Part shown: one piece after another, positions 11,144 to 24,585 of the stretch
Layout of the letters: each line of letters begins with the position of its first letter
Numbering within the stretch: the first letter of the stretch is position 1
From: Chrysemys picta bellii
Lineage: Eukaryota
Length of the DNA: 64,000 nt
Assembly: GCF_011386835.1 (NCBI RefSeq)
Contig: NC_088793.1
Location: 201,066,001 to 201,130,000, forward strand
Direction: 5' to 3'
Translations under genes and position numbers: made by a program
Notes under the pieces: generated by a model
Told to the model about the DNA's origin: nothing
The model's input: the letters and a program-made list of their open reading frames with translations, nothing else
The model's database searches: none

Positions 11144-11785
11144 CCCTTTACCCATAATGAGATTTCCTGTGAAACATCATGGTAGGTAGTGTTATAGAGA
11201 GAGACACCGTTTCCACTCTGGCTGGCTGTAGTTATTTGATACACCCTAATAATTTCTAATATGCTATATCATAAGATGATCCCATGATACTATTACAGTA
11301 CTCACCATTCAATAACCAACAGTTCCCATATAGTAGTATCCGGAGATACCAGATTTTCCATATACAAAGAGCAGGACATCACGATGGTATTTTTCCTAGC
11401 AAAAGTTGCTGTTATTTCACAGCAGGTTAAAAAAATAGATGTGAGTGTTCACTGTGGAAAAGTCAACATTTGCCACTGGGATGGCTCAGACACTGAATTA
11501 ATTCCTTATACTTGGAAAAGGAAATAACTAGGGAATCTCAGATATCACTGCGTGGAAAATGTGAGAAGCCACCAGGATATTTGCTATTGATTTAATGGGG
11601 AAAGCTCTCAGATATTATGGTGATGGCTGACAATATAAAACCTTTCGATAAAATAGATAGATGTTAACTTTTGAATAGGGCTTGATCCAAAGCCCATCGA
11701 AATCAAAAGGAGTCTTTCCATTGACTTTGGTAGGCTTTAGATCAGAAGAACTATGGTGTATTTAATCATGTATGTAACTTTGAGC

Positions 11786-11931
11786 CAGGACCGGCTCTAG
11801 GCACCAGCAAACCAAGCACTTGCTTGGGGCGGCACAATTCCAGGGGCGGCACTTGCGCTCTCGGAGGGTGGTTTTTTTTTTTTTTTTTTTTTTTTTTGCT
11901 TGGGGCGGCAAAAAACCTAGAGCTGGCCCTG
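11786..11931. mobile_element. hAT (Tip100-like) MITE with internal poly-T
   Basis: TIRs CAGGACCGGCTCTAGG...CCTAGAGCTGGCCCTG. Perfect TSD CTTTGAGC at 11778-11785 and 11932-11939. Confidence 0.9.
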
Positions 11932-13372
11932 CTTTGAGCATAGGAGTATTTCCACTGACATCAGTGGGACAGCTCACCTACTTAAGGAGTTGAATTGGGG
12001 TCTTCTAAGGTCAGAAAAATATGCCCTGGGATTATGGATTCATTTGATAGTGATTGTGATCATGCACGCTTCCTCCTGAAACCGCTGACACCAAAGAAAA
12101 CTGGAGCCCGTTTAATCAACACTGATCCTGTATTGGTCACTAGGGTGACGTGCGGCATTCCCTGCCCCTGAGGGGCTGAATACACTCCCTCCCTCAGTGC
12201 TTCTGTCCCAGGGAGCAAGGTACCAGACTTGGCTACATTTTTTGGCATTGCACATTTCCACAGTCGTTTAATTTGCTTCCTTGCATTCTGTAAGCATAAC
12301 AATGATGTATTTGTATTGTGGCCGTGCCAAGAGGACCCAGAGATCGGGGGCCCATTGTGCTAGCAGCTGTACACAGATACAAAGAAAAGACTGCAAAGTA
12401 TTTACAGAGATGATGAGACACAACAAACAGGCGTGGGGAGCACAAGGTAACATAAATAATTATGAGCTGTGTAATAAGCAGCAATCACAGCTCGCCAGTT
12501 ATGTTATAATTTTCACGTACGTCCAAATTGCAAGAAAAGAAGGAAGAAGTTTGAACATTCGTTTTCCAAATTTGATTTCCTCCCCCCTTCCCAGAAAACT
12601 ACCTCCCTAACTGGAAATGAACAATGCTTCATCAATCTGAAATTGCCAGAGGGGAGGGGGAATAGATCATCCTGGATTATGACTGTACAAAGCTGAAAAC
12701 TTTTTCCTCAGTAGCAGGACAAGTTCTGTTTTGGAAAATTGATTCAGGAAAAAAGATTTGTCCTAAAGCCTTTGGGTAAAATTTTCTAATGTGCCTAAGT
12801 GACTTAGGAGTCTATGTTCCATTTTTAAAAGCACCTGTCATTTGGGTACATAATTCCTCAATGGTATCTAGGTTCTTAAGTCACCTAGGTGCTTTGAAGT
12901 GGAACTAGTCAAAAATGGTGTCGGGGGAGGCGGGGTGTCTGTGAACATTTTGATTTTGGGAGGAGGGGTGGAATTTGAATGCTGAAAAATTCTAGATGAA
13001 AACCATATTTTGGCTGAATTTTCTAAGGAAATTTTTTCAACCAGCCCCCCTCCTCAGTCACTTAGGGTCAGATTTGTAAAGGTATTTAAGCACCTAACTC
13101 AGGCCCTTAAGCAGTTTCTGAAATCTTTAGCCTATCTGCCTTACATCTTTAAACATCTTGCCAGTCGCAGGACCAGGTCTGTTCTATTTAGTAGGACTAC
13201 GTCTTGGCCCACCTGGGTGTGATTCTGGGTTACATGTGTAGAAAGGAGGAGAAAGGGCTACAGCAGCTGTTCCATGGTGAATTCAGACAAAGGGCCTGAA
13301 CTAAAGCCCATAGAGGTCATTGGAAAGATTACCACTGGCTTCCTGAGGTCCCTTCCAGTCTTATGATTCTAT

Positions 13373-13676
13373 GGCCTGTTCTACACTATGGGGGGGGATC
13401 GATCTAAGATACGCAACTTCAGCTACGAGAATAGTGTAGCTGAAGTCGACGTATCTGAGATTGACTTAGAATCACTTACTTCGCGTCCTTGCAGCACGGG
13501 ATCGACGGCCGCAGCTCCCCCGTCGACTCCGCTTCCACCTCTCGCCATGGTGGAGTTCCGGAGTCGATGGCAGAGTGATCGGGGATCAATTTATCGCATC
13601 TACACTAGACGCGATTAATCGATCCCCGATAGATCGATCGCTACCCGCCAATCCGGCGGGTAGTGTAGACCAACCC
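13373..13676. mobile_element. PIF/Harbinger-like CpG-rich MITE (copy 1) inserted in a CR1-type (ATTCTATG)n tail
   Basis: 15-nt TIRs GGCCTGTTCTACACT/AGTGTAGACCAACCC and a 3-bp TSD TAT. It is homologous to 21088-21365 and 50817-51081. The flanks rejoin as TTATGATTCTATGATTC. Confidence 0.8.
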
Positions 13677-15094
13677 TATGATTCAATGGGATGTAGATTA
13701 GGTCCTAGTTTCCATCAACCTGATTAACCTATATTTTTTTACACCAGAAAGACACATATGCAGACAAGAGCTCATGGGCCGGAGCCAAAGGTGTGGGCCT
13801 TTATAGCCTTTTCCTCTGTTCACCCCTTTGTCTCTGGCGCTCTGGGTCACAAAGGCCTTTTAAATCCAGAAGCTGCTTCTGGGAGAAGTTGGACAGTGTC
13901 ATGAGAGGAAATGAGCTCTCCCATGGCTGTCGGTGAAGACAACCACAAATAAGGCAAATGCTGCAAAGGAAAAATGCCCAGCTAGAAAAACTCTCACTTC
14001 CCGGCCAAAACCCTGGTGGAGTTCCCCAAAATCGATGTTAGTGCAATACACATTATCCCACAAAGTGTCCCTTGCTCACTCCCTACTTGCGCCAGCTGAA
14101 TGCTGATAATCTTCTCTTCTACTTTGCCTCTTTTCCTTCTCTTCCTATCCTCTTTGTTGCCAAACACTTCACCCAAGATTGAGGAAGATATCACACAAAA
14201 GGAAAGAACTTGCTGCTTCTACAGCCTACATGTACAGGGGAGGGAGAGCATCAAAAGGGATGCATGTCCTGCTAAAGGCAGACATACAGGTTGTTAGAAC
14301 ACAGGAGGAAGAGCAGGAAAAGTAGCTGAAGTGAGACAGAGTGAAGGAAAGAAATGCTAGGAGAGGAGAGAGAGTAGAAGAAAATCCAGGGAAATTAAAG
14401 CCCAAACCTCTGGTTCTTCAGGGCAAGTAGGAAGGAAACCTCGACCGTGTCCATTGGCTTATTGTAGTTTTGCCTAGGAGACTTTCAGAATAGAGATGGG
14501 CATATAGCTGGATTTTACTGGGTAAGGTCCTTGCACACCACCTATAGACACACGATGAGAGCAACCGCACGGCATGGAGAATTAATAATAGGTCCTCAAA
14601 GCAGCTGTAAGCTCCCCCTGGGACAATGGCACAGAGGTCCTCACCAACAAGCTTCGAGCCAGCTTATGCATGGTCACAGTAACCCCCAGTGCAGGTGCGG
14701 GAGGAGGCATGTATCTATGCCCTGGCTGTTTCCCGATTAATCTAGTCTGCAGTGGGAGGGGGAGGGCTGTTCCTCCTAGGACAGAATGCCCTTGGTCCCT
14801 GCTTCAGCCTCAGTGATGGAAGTATTCCCACAACCAGCCACTGAGGTCACTTTTCCCCAGGTCCCCAACCAAAGGATAACTACAGTTCAGATTGCTGCTA
14901 GCTCTCTCCCTTTTTTGGAGTTCACACGCTTGCTGGCAGGACTCTTTCCTGCTGTGATGCTGCAAAAATCTCAACGCTGCGGTGAGGCAGCTGGAGGGCC
15001 GTGACCGCTGTTTTTCATGCTGACCACTATCGTTTCATTGCTCTGTGTGCTCCTCCCAGTCGGTTGTTGTGTCTGTCGGTTGTCTACAGCCTTA

Positions 15095-15340
15095 CGCTCA
15101 GACTCTCTATGCTGCAATTAAAAACCCGCGGCTGGCCCGTGCCAGCTGTCTCGGGCTTTTTAATTGAGGTAGTCTTTCAGGCTCAGACTGCAGCCCGAGT
15201 TCTGGGACCCTCCCACTTTTCAGAGTCCCGAAGCCCAGACTCCAGCCTGAACCCAGATGTCTATCTCCCCATTAAACAGCCCCTGAGCTCAGCTGGCATG
15301 GTAGAGCCATGGGTTTTTAATTGCAGTGTAGACATACCTG
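15095..15340. mobile_element. PIF/Harbinger-like MITE (different family)
   Basis: TGCAATTAAAAACCCGCGG...CCATGGGTTTTTAATTGCAGTGTAGACATACC inverted termini. Confidence 0.65.
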
Positions 15341-15745
15341 AGCTCTTTGGGGGCACAGACAGTCTTTTCCTTATGTGTTTGTACAGCGCCTAGCACAATG
15401 GAGTCCCGGCTTCTAGATGCTACCATGATCCTACAATAATTAACAAATAACTGCAATTATGCTCACGTTGGCTTGCCTCCTCCTTTTTTCCCCCTATTCT
15501 TTCCAGTTTAACCCACATAGTGAGGACAGAACTGAAGCTCAAGTCTTGCTAATGTTGCTCATTTGTATTGGCTACTAGAGTAGTGTTGCAGTCCCTGTCG
15601 TCGGAGGATATGGAGTGAAAGGCTCATTCAAACAAGGCGTGCAGTAATGGATAATACTTTGCGTTTGCATTGCATAACTCCTTCAATCTCAACTTCTCAA
15701 AATGCTCCACGGACACTGATGAATTCTCCTTACAGGATAAGCAGT

Positions 15746-15900
15746 GTTATCAGTTCTAATTTGCAGTCGGGGAAACTGAGGCAGGGAGCCATTAAATGAT
15801 TTTTCCCAAGGTCACACGGCAAGTCAGTGGTGCAGCTGAGAAGAAGGCCAAGAGCTCCTGGCCCTAAGCCTAGCATCTCAACCATTGAATGTAGCTTCTT
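15746..15900 (-). mobile_element. CORE-SINE (MIR-like)
   Basis: GGGGAAACTGAGGCAG...CCCAAGGTCACACGGCAAGTCAGTGG, the reverse complement of the CORE block. Confidence 0.7.
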
Positions 15901-18022
15901 CCTTAAGCATAGATGTAACACAGGAGTATTTCCTCCCAGGTCCCTTTTCTGTATTGCCATCTTTAAGAGACCTTCCCCCCCCTCAGGGAAATGCTTTTTC
16001 AGGAGCATTGGAATGGTGCAATGCAGACATCCAGTGGCTGCTTAGGTTAATGGCAGGTGAGTGAGTGAACGTTCCCCTAACTGGGAGCCCAGCTGATGTG
16101 GTATATAGAGCCCAAGTTCTATTCTCTAAATGTAGTTACAGTTTCACAATCCCAGCCGCCCAGCAAGGTGGGAATCGCAAACCTCGAAAGTAAATCATTG
16201 CTGCCCTCACAACAATGGATATGAAACCTGCCTTCTAAAACTGGTTACTTGGGTTGCTCACGTACCATGGATGCAATCGCATGCAGATGCAGAGCGCAGG
16301 TTGACGAAGAGGTTTCGAGGTAAAGCAAACAAACGCCACCCCGCTCGTGGTGATTTCTCCTGAAACCTGGGAACCAACGGACCAGATGCGCTAGGCCTTT
16401 CATCTGGGGGTGGAGATTCACAGTCACAAGTGGTACCAGTGACCTTTGAGGGCTCCATTTAAAAAAACCCAACAGAGTGCACTATTTTCCCAGAGACTGT
16501 CACTGTGGAAACTACAGTCTCTCTTTGTGCTTCGCTCATTTTCAATTTGGCTGGCCCTGCCACTGAGATACAGGCAAATGAGAAGAGAAAAGAATACTTC
16601 GCCAAGGAGGCTGGCAAATGCAAACTGTTATGTTATGCTGTCAAGCTCAAAGTGTGACTAGCACTGCACCTGGAGAGGGGCGACAGAAAGGCTGCATTCA
16701 TGACCAATCTCGTGTGTGTGGGAAGCAGGCTCATGTGCAGGGGGTTTGCTGTGTCAAGAGTGTGATTCAGGAGCCCTTCCTTACTTTGGATTAATCACAT
16801 AAAAGAGAGGCCATGAGTAAAATATCCTGTTTGCAAGAATGTCCTGTTCGCTGGCTGTGTGTATTGATTTTAGCAGAGCATAGCTGCTGAAAGGTCTGAG
16901 ACATCTGGGAATGAATCATCACAACTGGAGCAATTAACGACAGTGAGACCAGCGAAAGACCTTGAAAGGTGTTTGAGTGGATTTCAGCTGTGCCAGGAAA
17001 CAATGTGAATCTGACCAGAATTCCACAATTAATTTCTGCGTTGACCTAGTGGGACATCATTTGCTAATGCGTACAGATTACCTAGATAACCAACACAGGT
17101 CCGACAGCATCCACCAAAGGCATGCGTGTTTGGCTAACTACGTGAAAAGTAAAGGATGTAGTTAAAGGAGAGTCTTTCTTGACGCCCATTGTTAAAGCTG
17201 TGACCATTTAAACATAAAAAAGATTTTTTTGGCAAGGTCAATGCTGCACATTTCTTGGGAACATAAAGTTCAACATTCTGCCCTGGCAATCCCAGTACTC
17301 TTGAACCACTGTGTTTGTTTAAAAATAATTAAACACACATTTACCGGAGGACAAATTTAGAAATATAATAAGTGTCAAATCCAAATGTACTTGTATTAAA
17401 AAATGCAAGCTAATTATGTTCCAGGTAGGTGTGCGAACTTAATTTCCTTAGAAAAAAGAGAGATCATTTCCTTATAAATGCTAAAAATAAAAAAGCTCTT
17501 GAACTTCCAAATTCCTAGTTAAAAGGGGGTTGTGTATTTTTTGTTTGTTTGTTTTTTTGCACCAATAACAATATTTTTTTTAAACTTCAGCCTTTATAAT
17601 AGGGAATCACAGTATAACTATTAAAATTCTTGCTTTCAGTTGGATTGAAAACCAGATGGAGAGATCCAGAAAACACTGGAGGCTTGTGATAGTCATGATT
17701 AAGCTGGTATTAGTTTGATAATAAATCTATTGTGAGTCTCTGAACTTTTCCAGCATATCCATTATTTTCCAAAAAAGCAGTATTTAAACTAACCGATAAA
17801 ATAATTTGCAATTTTCAAGATAGAAGGATTAACCCAGTAAACTAAGACCCAGATTTCCGATGCCTTTGCCCACAATGAATACCTTACTCCATGACTGGTT
17901 CTATTGAAGGAGCTACTCAATTTAAATAAGAGTGTCAGAGTGTCACACTGTAGCCTTAATTCTCTCCAACCTTGTCCTTGCCTTGCAATCCACACAACAA
18001 AGATCTCTGTTAGCTCCCAGGC

Positions 18023-18276
18023 TATTATTTTAATATGTAAGACCGTAGCACCTAAAGACCTTAATTGGGATTAGGGCTTCGTGCTAGGCGCTGTACAAAC
18101 ACATAGTCACAGAGAATCCCTGGCCCAAAGAGTTTACAGTCTAAATAGATGAGACAGAGAAAGGAAACCAAGGCCCAAAGAGGTGAAGAGACTTGCTCAA
18201 AGTCACCGAGGAGGTCAGGGGCAGAGCCCAGGTCTGACTCCCAGTCCCATGCTTTGTCCATTGGACCATACTGCCT
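18023..18276 (-). mobile_element. CORE-SINE with L2-type tail
   Basis: GTGCTAGGCGCTGTACAAACAC...AAAGAGTTTACAGTCTAAA (reverse complement of an L2 3' end) joined to the CORE block. Related L2-type tails occur at ~260-370, 12310-12390, 15340-15450, 32100-32165 and 47090-47190. Confidence 0.75.
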
Positions 18277-19759
18277 TTCAGTTAGGTCTGAATCATTCTG
18301 TCCTTACTGGAGAAGACCATAAGGAAATGCCGACTCTGCAAGCAGCTATCTATGGGAAATTGGAGTTTGGCTTTGGCAGAAGCTGGAGGCTCTCAGGAGG
18401 AAATCAAATGATGGAGCAACTTGAGAAACTGGAGCGCAGTAAATCACCAGCAATGGAGATGATTCACTGGAGCGCTCTGCAGAAAATTCAGTATGCAATG
18501 GCAGAGGTACAGTGCTGCTGACAATATGCAGTATTGGTTGCATGGTTGCAGAAGGCTCTGGATTAATGAAACCAGGGCAGTTTTGGTCCTGCAGCACTGG
18601 ACATCTGGGAGCATTGCAGAGATACTTGCTTTGTGTGAGCTTTCTGCATGGCAGCGTGGGCAGTCTAGGACCAGGGGATCCACCATTGCATAGGTTCCTC
18701 TGTCACCCTCCATGAAGCATAAGAACACTGGCAAAACAGTGGAAGGGGCATGTACCCACTGGGCTGAGCTGCTAATGTGGCCTGGGGAGAGAATTTCCCA
18801 CCATGCATCTGCCCAGAGCAGAGCCAGCTACTCAGGCCAGATGATGCTGTCTGGATTTTGGCCTATATTATTAAAATAAAAAAGCACGGTCCAGAGTTTC
18901 TACTGTGCTGAGATGTGCTCATTAGAGAGGAGGGTTGGGAAGGTGTCAGTGAGTCTGGTTCTTTGGGTTGATCTGTGCCAGCCCAGTTTTGTTTTAACTT
19001 ACAGCAGCTGGTTACAGTCCCTAAGGGAGCAGACATTGGCTGAGAGTTGCCAGGGTGAAGCCCTCAGCTCTGGTTGGGGAAGCAGCTGGTGTAGGAGCTG
19101 GGTGTGCTGGTTTTACATCAGCACCAGGGGAATTCCTGGCTCCTCTGGGCCAGCTGATGAACCAGTCTGGAAGGGATCAGCAGTGAATTACCAGAAGACT
19201 GGAAAGTGACTAAGATGGTACCTGTCTGTGGGAGATCTTGGTGACTGCAACTCAGGCAGGTGGCCTTCATCTCGACTCCATTTGCAACTGACTTTGGGCC
19301 CAGCTGAAGCTGGAATAGCACAACCACAGGATCTGTATCAGCAGAGCTGGTCTCAAGTTTCCATCTAGACATTTTTTTTTTTCAAAGGGAAACGGCTTTG
19401 GAATGGCACAGAAATGTTCATGAACGAATTTCTGTTTCTGTCCAAAATATGTGGGTTTTTGTCAAAAAAACAAAACAAAAAGCAACCCCAAAAACTTCAA
19501 CTGCCAGGAACCACCCAAAAAAAGAATTCAGGAGGGAAAGAATCAATCATTTTCCAGCCATCTGTAGTGTAACCTGCAGGGTCAAACCAACACAGCTGCT
19601 CTAAAGGTAACTCATTGACCGATTTGAGTCCTCTGAAAAGTTAGCGAATGAGTAGATGCACACAGCTCACGTCAGTTCTCAAATTGCTTCCGACAGGGTC
19701 CCTCATACAAGATCATTAAGGAAAACAAAATTGGTTCATGTCGAAAGCCTTGTCATGGA

Positions 19760-20010
19760 TTGAAAACTGCTTGAGCGCTGGGAAACAGAGTCCCAGTTCA
19801 TGGCAGCTCCTCCCAGTGGAGAAAGGCTAATAGAGGAATGTGCTCCGGGGTCAAACCCAGGTGTGGCAGTTTAATATATTTTATTAATGATTTGAAAGAG
19901 GATGTGGAGAACAAGTCGGTGAAGTTTTCTGTTGGCACTAAGTTGTTTCAGTTAGTGAAAGTTATGGAAGAAACCGGTGGTGAAATACTCCAGATGGATT
20001 TGAATCCATG
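19760..20010 (+). mobile_element. Old CR1 reverse-transcriptase fragment
   Basis: ORF SGVKPRCGSLIYFINDLKEDVENKSVKFSVGTKLF matches CR1 SGVPQGSVLGP..FNIFINDL......KFADDTKL, with the catalytic DD lost. Confidence 0.7.
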
Positions 20011-20740
20011 GGGGGGAACCAGGCAGCATGAGGGCTACATTTCACTGCTGAAGTGAGTACAATACAGTGATGTCATTAAAAAGTGTTGCTTTAAAAAAAC
20101 ATGAAGCGGCCAGGAAATTGTAACCTGAAGCCGAGTTAGGGCAGTGAACACTACAGATGCCCGTGTTGCAAACCCCTTGGGAATGCCCAGACTTTCGTTT
20201 CACCAGATGTTGGTAACACAGCATAAGGATGCTGGCAAAACTAGCCAGAATGTGGGATCCTTTGAGGACGTCTGTGTGGTGTGGGGCAACAAATACAGCG
20301 CAAAGACCCTGAGTCAAAGCCCTTTGGACTCAACAGGAGTCTTCCCCTTGACTTCAATGGGCTCTGGACTGAGCCCCAAGACGCCACTAGAGATTTGTGT
20401 GCAGCCCTGCTTGGCCACACAGGGAGAGAAGGTGTGAGATTTTTACTCCCCTGTGTCTCTGACTATGGGTCAGCTCATCACAATCGCTGAGCACGAGGCC
20501 CTACTGAAGGCAATGGAAAGGCTCCTCTTGGCTTCAGTGGGTGCTGACTGAAAGGACAGTGAAAGGCTATTGCTGCCTCTGCAGAGAGGGCAGAAAAGGG
20601 AGAGGTGGTGGCAAAGGGACGGTCAACCCGTCTTTTGCAGTGGCCAGTGGAGCATGCCACAGCCCATAAGCATATGCGGCAGGGGACTCTCTACCTCCAC
20701 TTTCCTTCACGTGATTTCAGCGGCACACAGCCTGCCTTAG

Positions 20741-20758
20741 TGTGTGTGTGTGTGTGTG
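20741..20758. repeat. (TG)9 microsatellite
   Basis: Read directly from the sequence. Confidence 0.9.
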
Positions 20759-20819
20759 TCTTTCTTGCAGAGCTAGCCTGGGCTGTTACTCAGGTGTTGT
20801 CTAGACCTCCCCCCCCCCC

Positions 20820-20950
20820 ATCTGGGGGTGCTGGAACAATTTGTATAGTGGAGGTGCTGAGAGTCATTGAACAAAACTGTAAAGCCCGTATATGATGTAA
20901 TCCACTTCAAGCCAGGGGGTGCAGCAGCATCCCTCGTTCCAGCACCTATG
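20820..20950. mobile_element. hAT-like MITE (CATAGGTGCTGGAAC terminus family); related copy at ~30231-30335 in opposite orientation
   Basis: GGTGCTGGAAC...GTTCCAGCACCTATG inverted termini. No clean TSD. Confidence 0.6.
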
Positions 20951-21087
20951 CTCCCATCCACACAAAACCCTCTCCCCTGAGTGTGGTGGTGCTTTCAAGC
21001 CAGGCTAGCAGGCCCAGCTGGAGGTACAGGCTGGTGCGTGGCTGCCGCTTTCACTTGGCCCTCAGGGCACAGGCTCAGCCACTCAAG

Positions 21088-21365
21088 GGGTACGCCTGCA
21101 CTACCCGCCAGATTGGCGGGTAGTGATCGATCTATCGGGGATCGATTTATCGCGTCTAGTGTCGACGTGATAAAATCAATCCCCGATCGCTCTGCCGTCG
21201 ACTTCGGAACTCCACTGCAGCGAGCGGCAGAAGCAGAGTCGACGGGGAAGCAGCAGCGGTCGACTCGCCGCCGTCTTCACGGCCAGGTAAATCAACCTAA
21301 GATACACCGACTTCAGCTACGCGAATAGGTCGAATCTCCCCCCGACCCCCAGTGTAGACCTAGCC
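21088..21365. mobile_element. PIF/Harbinger-like CpG-rich MITE (copy 2, opposite orientation)
   Basis: TIRs GGGTACGCCTGCACT/AGTGTAGACCTAGCC and a 3-bp TSD AAG (21085-21087, 21366-21368). It is a reverse-complement homologue of 13373-13676. Confidence 0.8.
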
Positions 21366-24300
21366 AAGGACAGGCAAGTTTCCTCACAATTAGCTGTGAA
21401 AGAATTCACCGAGCAGCTCCTGGTTCTTAGTGCTGTGGTGAACTAAGCTGCCTGCTCTGACGTCTTATGTGGGTGAACTGGGGGAGAACTGACTTGTCCC
21501 TTCCGGGCATTGGAGGGCTACCGGCTCTGGAGTTGCATTCAGTTGAGTTTCAGCCCCTTCTGGGCCAGCCCACGTGAGTTAAAAGCACCATTACACTCAA
21601 GTTCAGGGATTGGTGTGTGTGGATGGGACTCACGCTAGAGGCAACACTCAAGTTAACTTTACAGTGAAGACAAGCCCTTATCAGGAAATATACTAAGGTT
21701 TTCCAAATCCCGAAGGATACATTAGAAACTGATCACTTCTCTTTTTTCCACCCTGTCCCATAGTATGAGAACAAGGGGTCACTCGATTAAATTATTAGCC
21801 AATTCATTTAGACCAAATATCCCCCCCCCCCAAAGTTACATTTTGCTAATTCATATTCATGAAGGAGAACCACTGTGAATTCAGTGAATGAGCACATAAG
21901 CAAGCAACCAGCAAAACAAGCAAGAAGCTAATGCATTAACAATACACTTTTTTGCTCCTGGACTTTAGTTTTAGTGTTTGATGTCCAGACTTTGTGTTAT
22001 GCTCGTAAGTGTCCTGCAGCATGTTTTGAAATCGCCATGAAGCCTGAGTAACATGAGAGCTCCCTGCAACAATCTGTTAAATCTTAGCTGAGAAGTGGGA
22101 CAAGACCACTGGTTTTGGTGTGTGAATTACGAGGTGTGGTGGATTAGCAAGGGGAATATTAACGAGGCTCCACTGTACTACTTCACACAGTGAATTAGTT
22201 ATCCTGTTGGTTTCACTGCTGCAGGAGGTCATGGAGTCAAAAAGCTGCAACTGGATTTAGAAAGGGGATGGATGATTTCACTAATGATACAGTTGTAATT
22301 CTGAATCTACATTTTAGAGAATTTCATGATTCAGGCACTGAATTAATTGCCTCCAGTGGTCAGGAAGATATATTTTTCCTACCGCAGAAGGAGCACTGCC
22401 AAATTGACTAGGTACTTTAGGGCATTTTCACCTTATTTTAAGCATCAGGACAAACTTGATGAACAAATGGATCAAAAGCTTCAAAAATGGATGCCTAAAG
22501 TCAGGCCCCTACCTCTATATGATTTGATTAGGTATGGCAAATGTCTGGGGAACACCTAGAAGGTTGAAGCATGCTGATGAATCCTCCAGCATCTTTTCCT
22601 GTATGTTACTAGTAAATATTCTTGGAGGGTGGGGTGAGCTACAAAGGCTTGACCATGTTGTGAATGAGTGGGTATTCCTATCTAATGATGTGGAGCTGAC
22701 CCGGTCAACAGGCCATGCAGAGATTTATCTGACCTATCACGAGCACGCTTTAGAATCCATGGCTGTGGGGGAAAGAGAAAATTAGTTGCGTTTCAATTAA
22801 AGCATCTTTATTTCATCTTCCCACAGTGATTCGTGAACTTGAATTCCCCCCATCCTTTGCATCACAGAAGTCCTCCCACCTCCAGTGCCGATTCCCATAT
22901 GTGGTGCCTCTGGACTGGAAGTCCATTTGTGTGCGGGGATTTTTTTTTGTTTTGTTTTTTTGCTCCAGGGAAATCATATGGCTCTCAGGGTTAATTTATT
23001 GTTCCTTTTCACAGTGTGATACTATCTGCTTCCAGATGTCTTTTTATGTCCGTGTCTGTGATCTAGGCCAATCTGTGACTGACATCTGAGTTCTTCGCAT
23101 ACAAAAAGGGGGAGAAAACAGTTATCACGGGTTGTTCAGAAGAACTAGGAGCTCTGTCATGTGGTTGCATGGGTTGTTCAGCAGTTAGGTTTCTTCACTG
23201 AAGATACCCTAATCATGGGTTTGACATCAGCAGTTAAGTAGAACATATTGGGGAATTGGTGGGGAAAGAGCAGCACATAGTTCCACAGGTGGGCTACTAC
23301 TACGTGTAGGTTAGAAAAAGGCCAGCACTGGGGCCCGACAGTCAAAGACAAACATTGGGAAACACAAGCTGAACCCGAACTATGAAAGCCCACTGTCAGG
23401 AGCCGAAGTTCTTCAGGCTTCCTCCAAAAGAACACCATCCATTTTGTGGCTCATCCGGATGCCTCAAAATGGTGGCTCAGAAGACAACTGCCACATGGGC
23501 ATGCCTAGAGGAGCATCCTCTAATAACTCTTATCACTGTAGTATCATATAACATGGGCAATGCCTGAATCCCAGTTCTGTTACTTGGAATCCCACCATCA
23601 TTGAAATAGTCAGGGAAGTCCTATGGCCCATGTTATGCAGTGGGCCCCTTCTTGCTTGTAACTGATGAATGTATGAACTTTATACGAGACCCAATAATAT
23701 AGAGGCAATTGATTTGTAGTATGTTTTGGGTTTTAATGAGGCCATTTCACATCATGAAACAGCCATGCTGACTGCACAGGAAATGCTGGCTGGATCCTCA
23801 GCTGGTGAAGTCAACTGAACGATGCCTGTTTACATCAGCTGAAGATCAGACCTGATATTTCTTACCAAACAGCTAGCAGAAACCAACAAGAAAAGTCAAG
23901 TCCTAGTCATCATTTGAGATCTTCAATTCACACCAGTCAGAGAGAAACATAAGGACAGTAGGTGGCATTGCTTTCGGGCCCTCCGCTATATCCCTGCATC
24001 TAAAGATGTGCTGGGTTAAAACACATTTGCTTATTTGCTGATAGGTACCACGCTGGTCACTGATATACTATGACATACAGATCAATCACATGGAACATCC
24101 TGCTTTGTGTTATTTTTTAAGCTGTGCCTCTGGCAGGTGCTACTTACAGACAGATTTGGCTAACAATAAAAATGTCTTTCATTGAATATTTGCTCATCAC
24201 CAGGAGCAATGCAGTTGCCAGGTTATTTCTAAGGCCCTGATCTTTGTTCTTAAAGCCCCAAACTCAAGCTGAGCACGGGGATATCTGCTAGGGACTGCAG

Positions 24301-24399
24301 GTCGGTTGGAATCCTTCCTCCTAGGCCATGGAGTGGCAGTTGGGGGCTGTTTGGTGGGCTGTTTGAAGTCTTAGTAGCATTGACGGCAACTGGAGTTTC

Positions 24400-24585
24400 A
24401 GAAGGCTACTGAGGTTCTGAAACAGCCTTCCAATAGGAAAAATGGGGGCAACCAAGCTAACTAGTTTTAAGATGGCACTTAATAAATGTATGAAAGGGAT
24501 TATATGATGGGATTGCCTAAAATAGCAGGGGACTGAATTCAATGGCCCAGGAAGTCACTTCTGGTCCTATGTTCCATGTTCATGG
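24400..24585 (+). mobile_element. CR1 3' end fragment
   Basis: AGTTTTAAGATGGCACTTAATAAATGTATG...GCAGGGGACTGAATTCAATGGCCCAGGAAGTC...CCTATGTTCCATGTTC tail. Confidence 0.6.
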
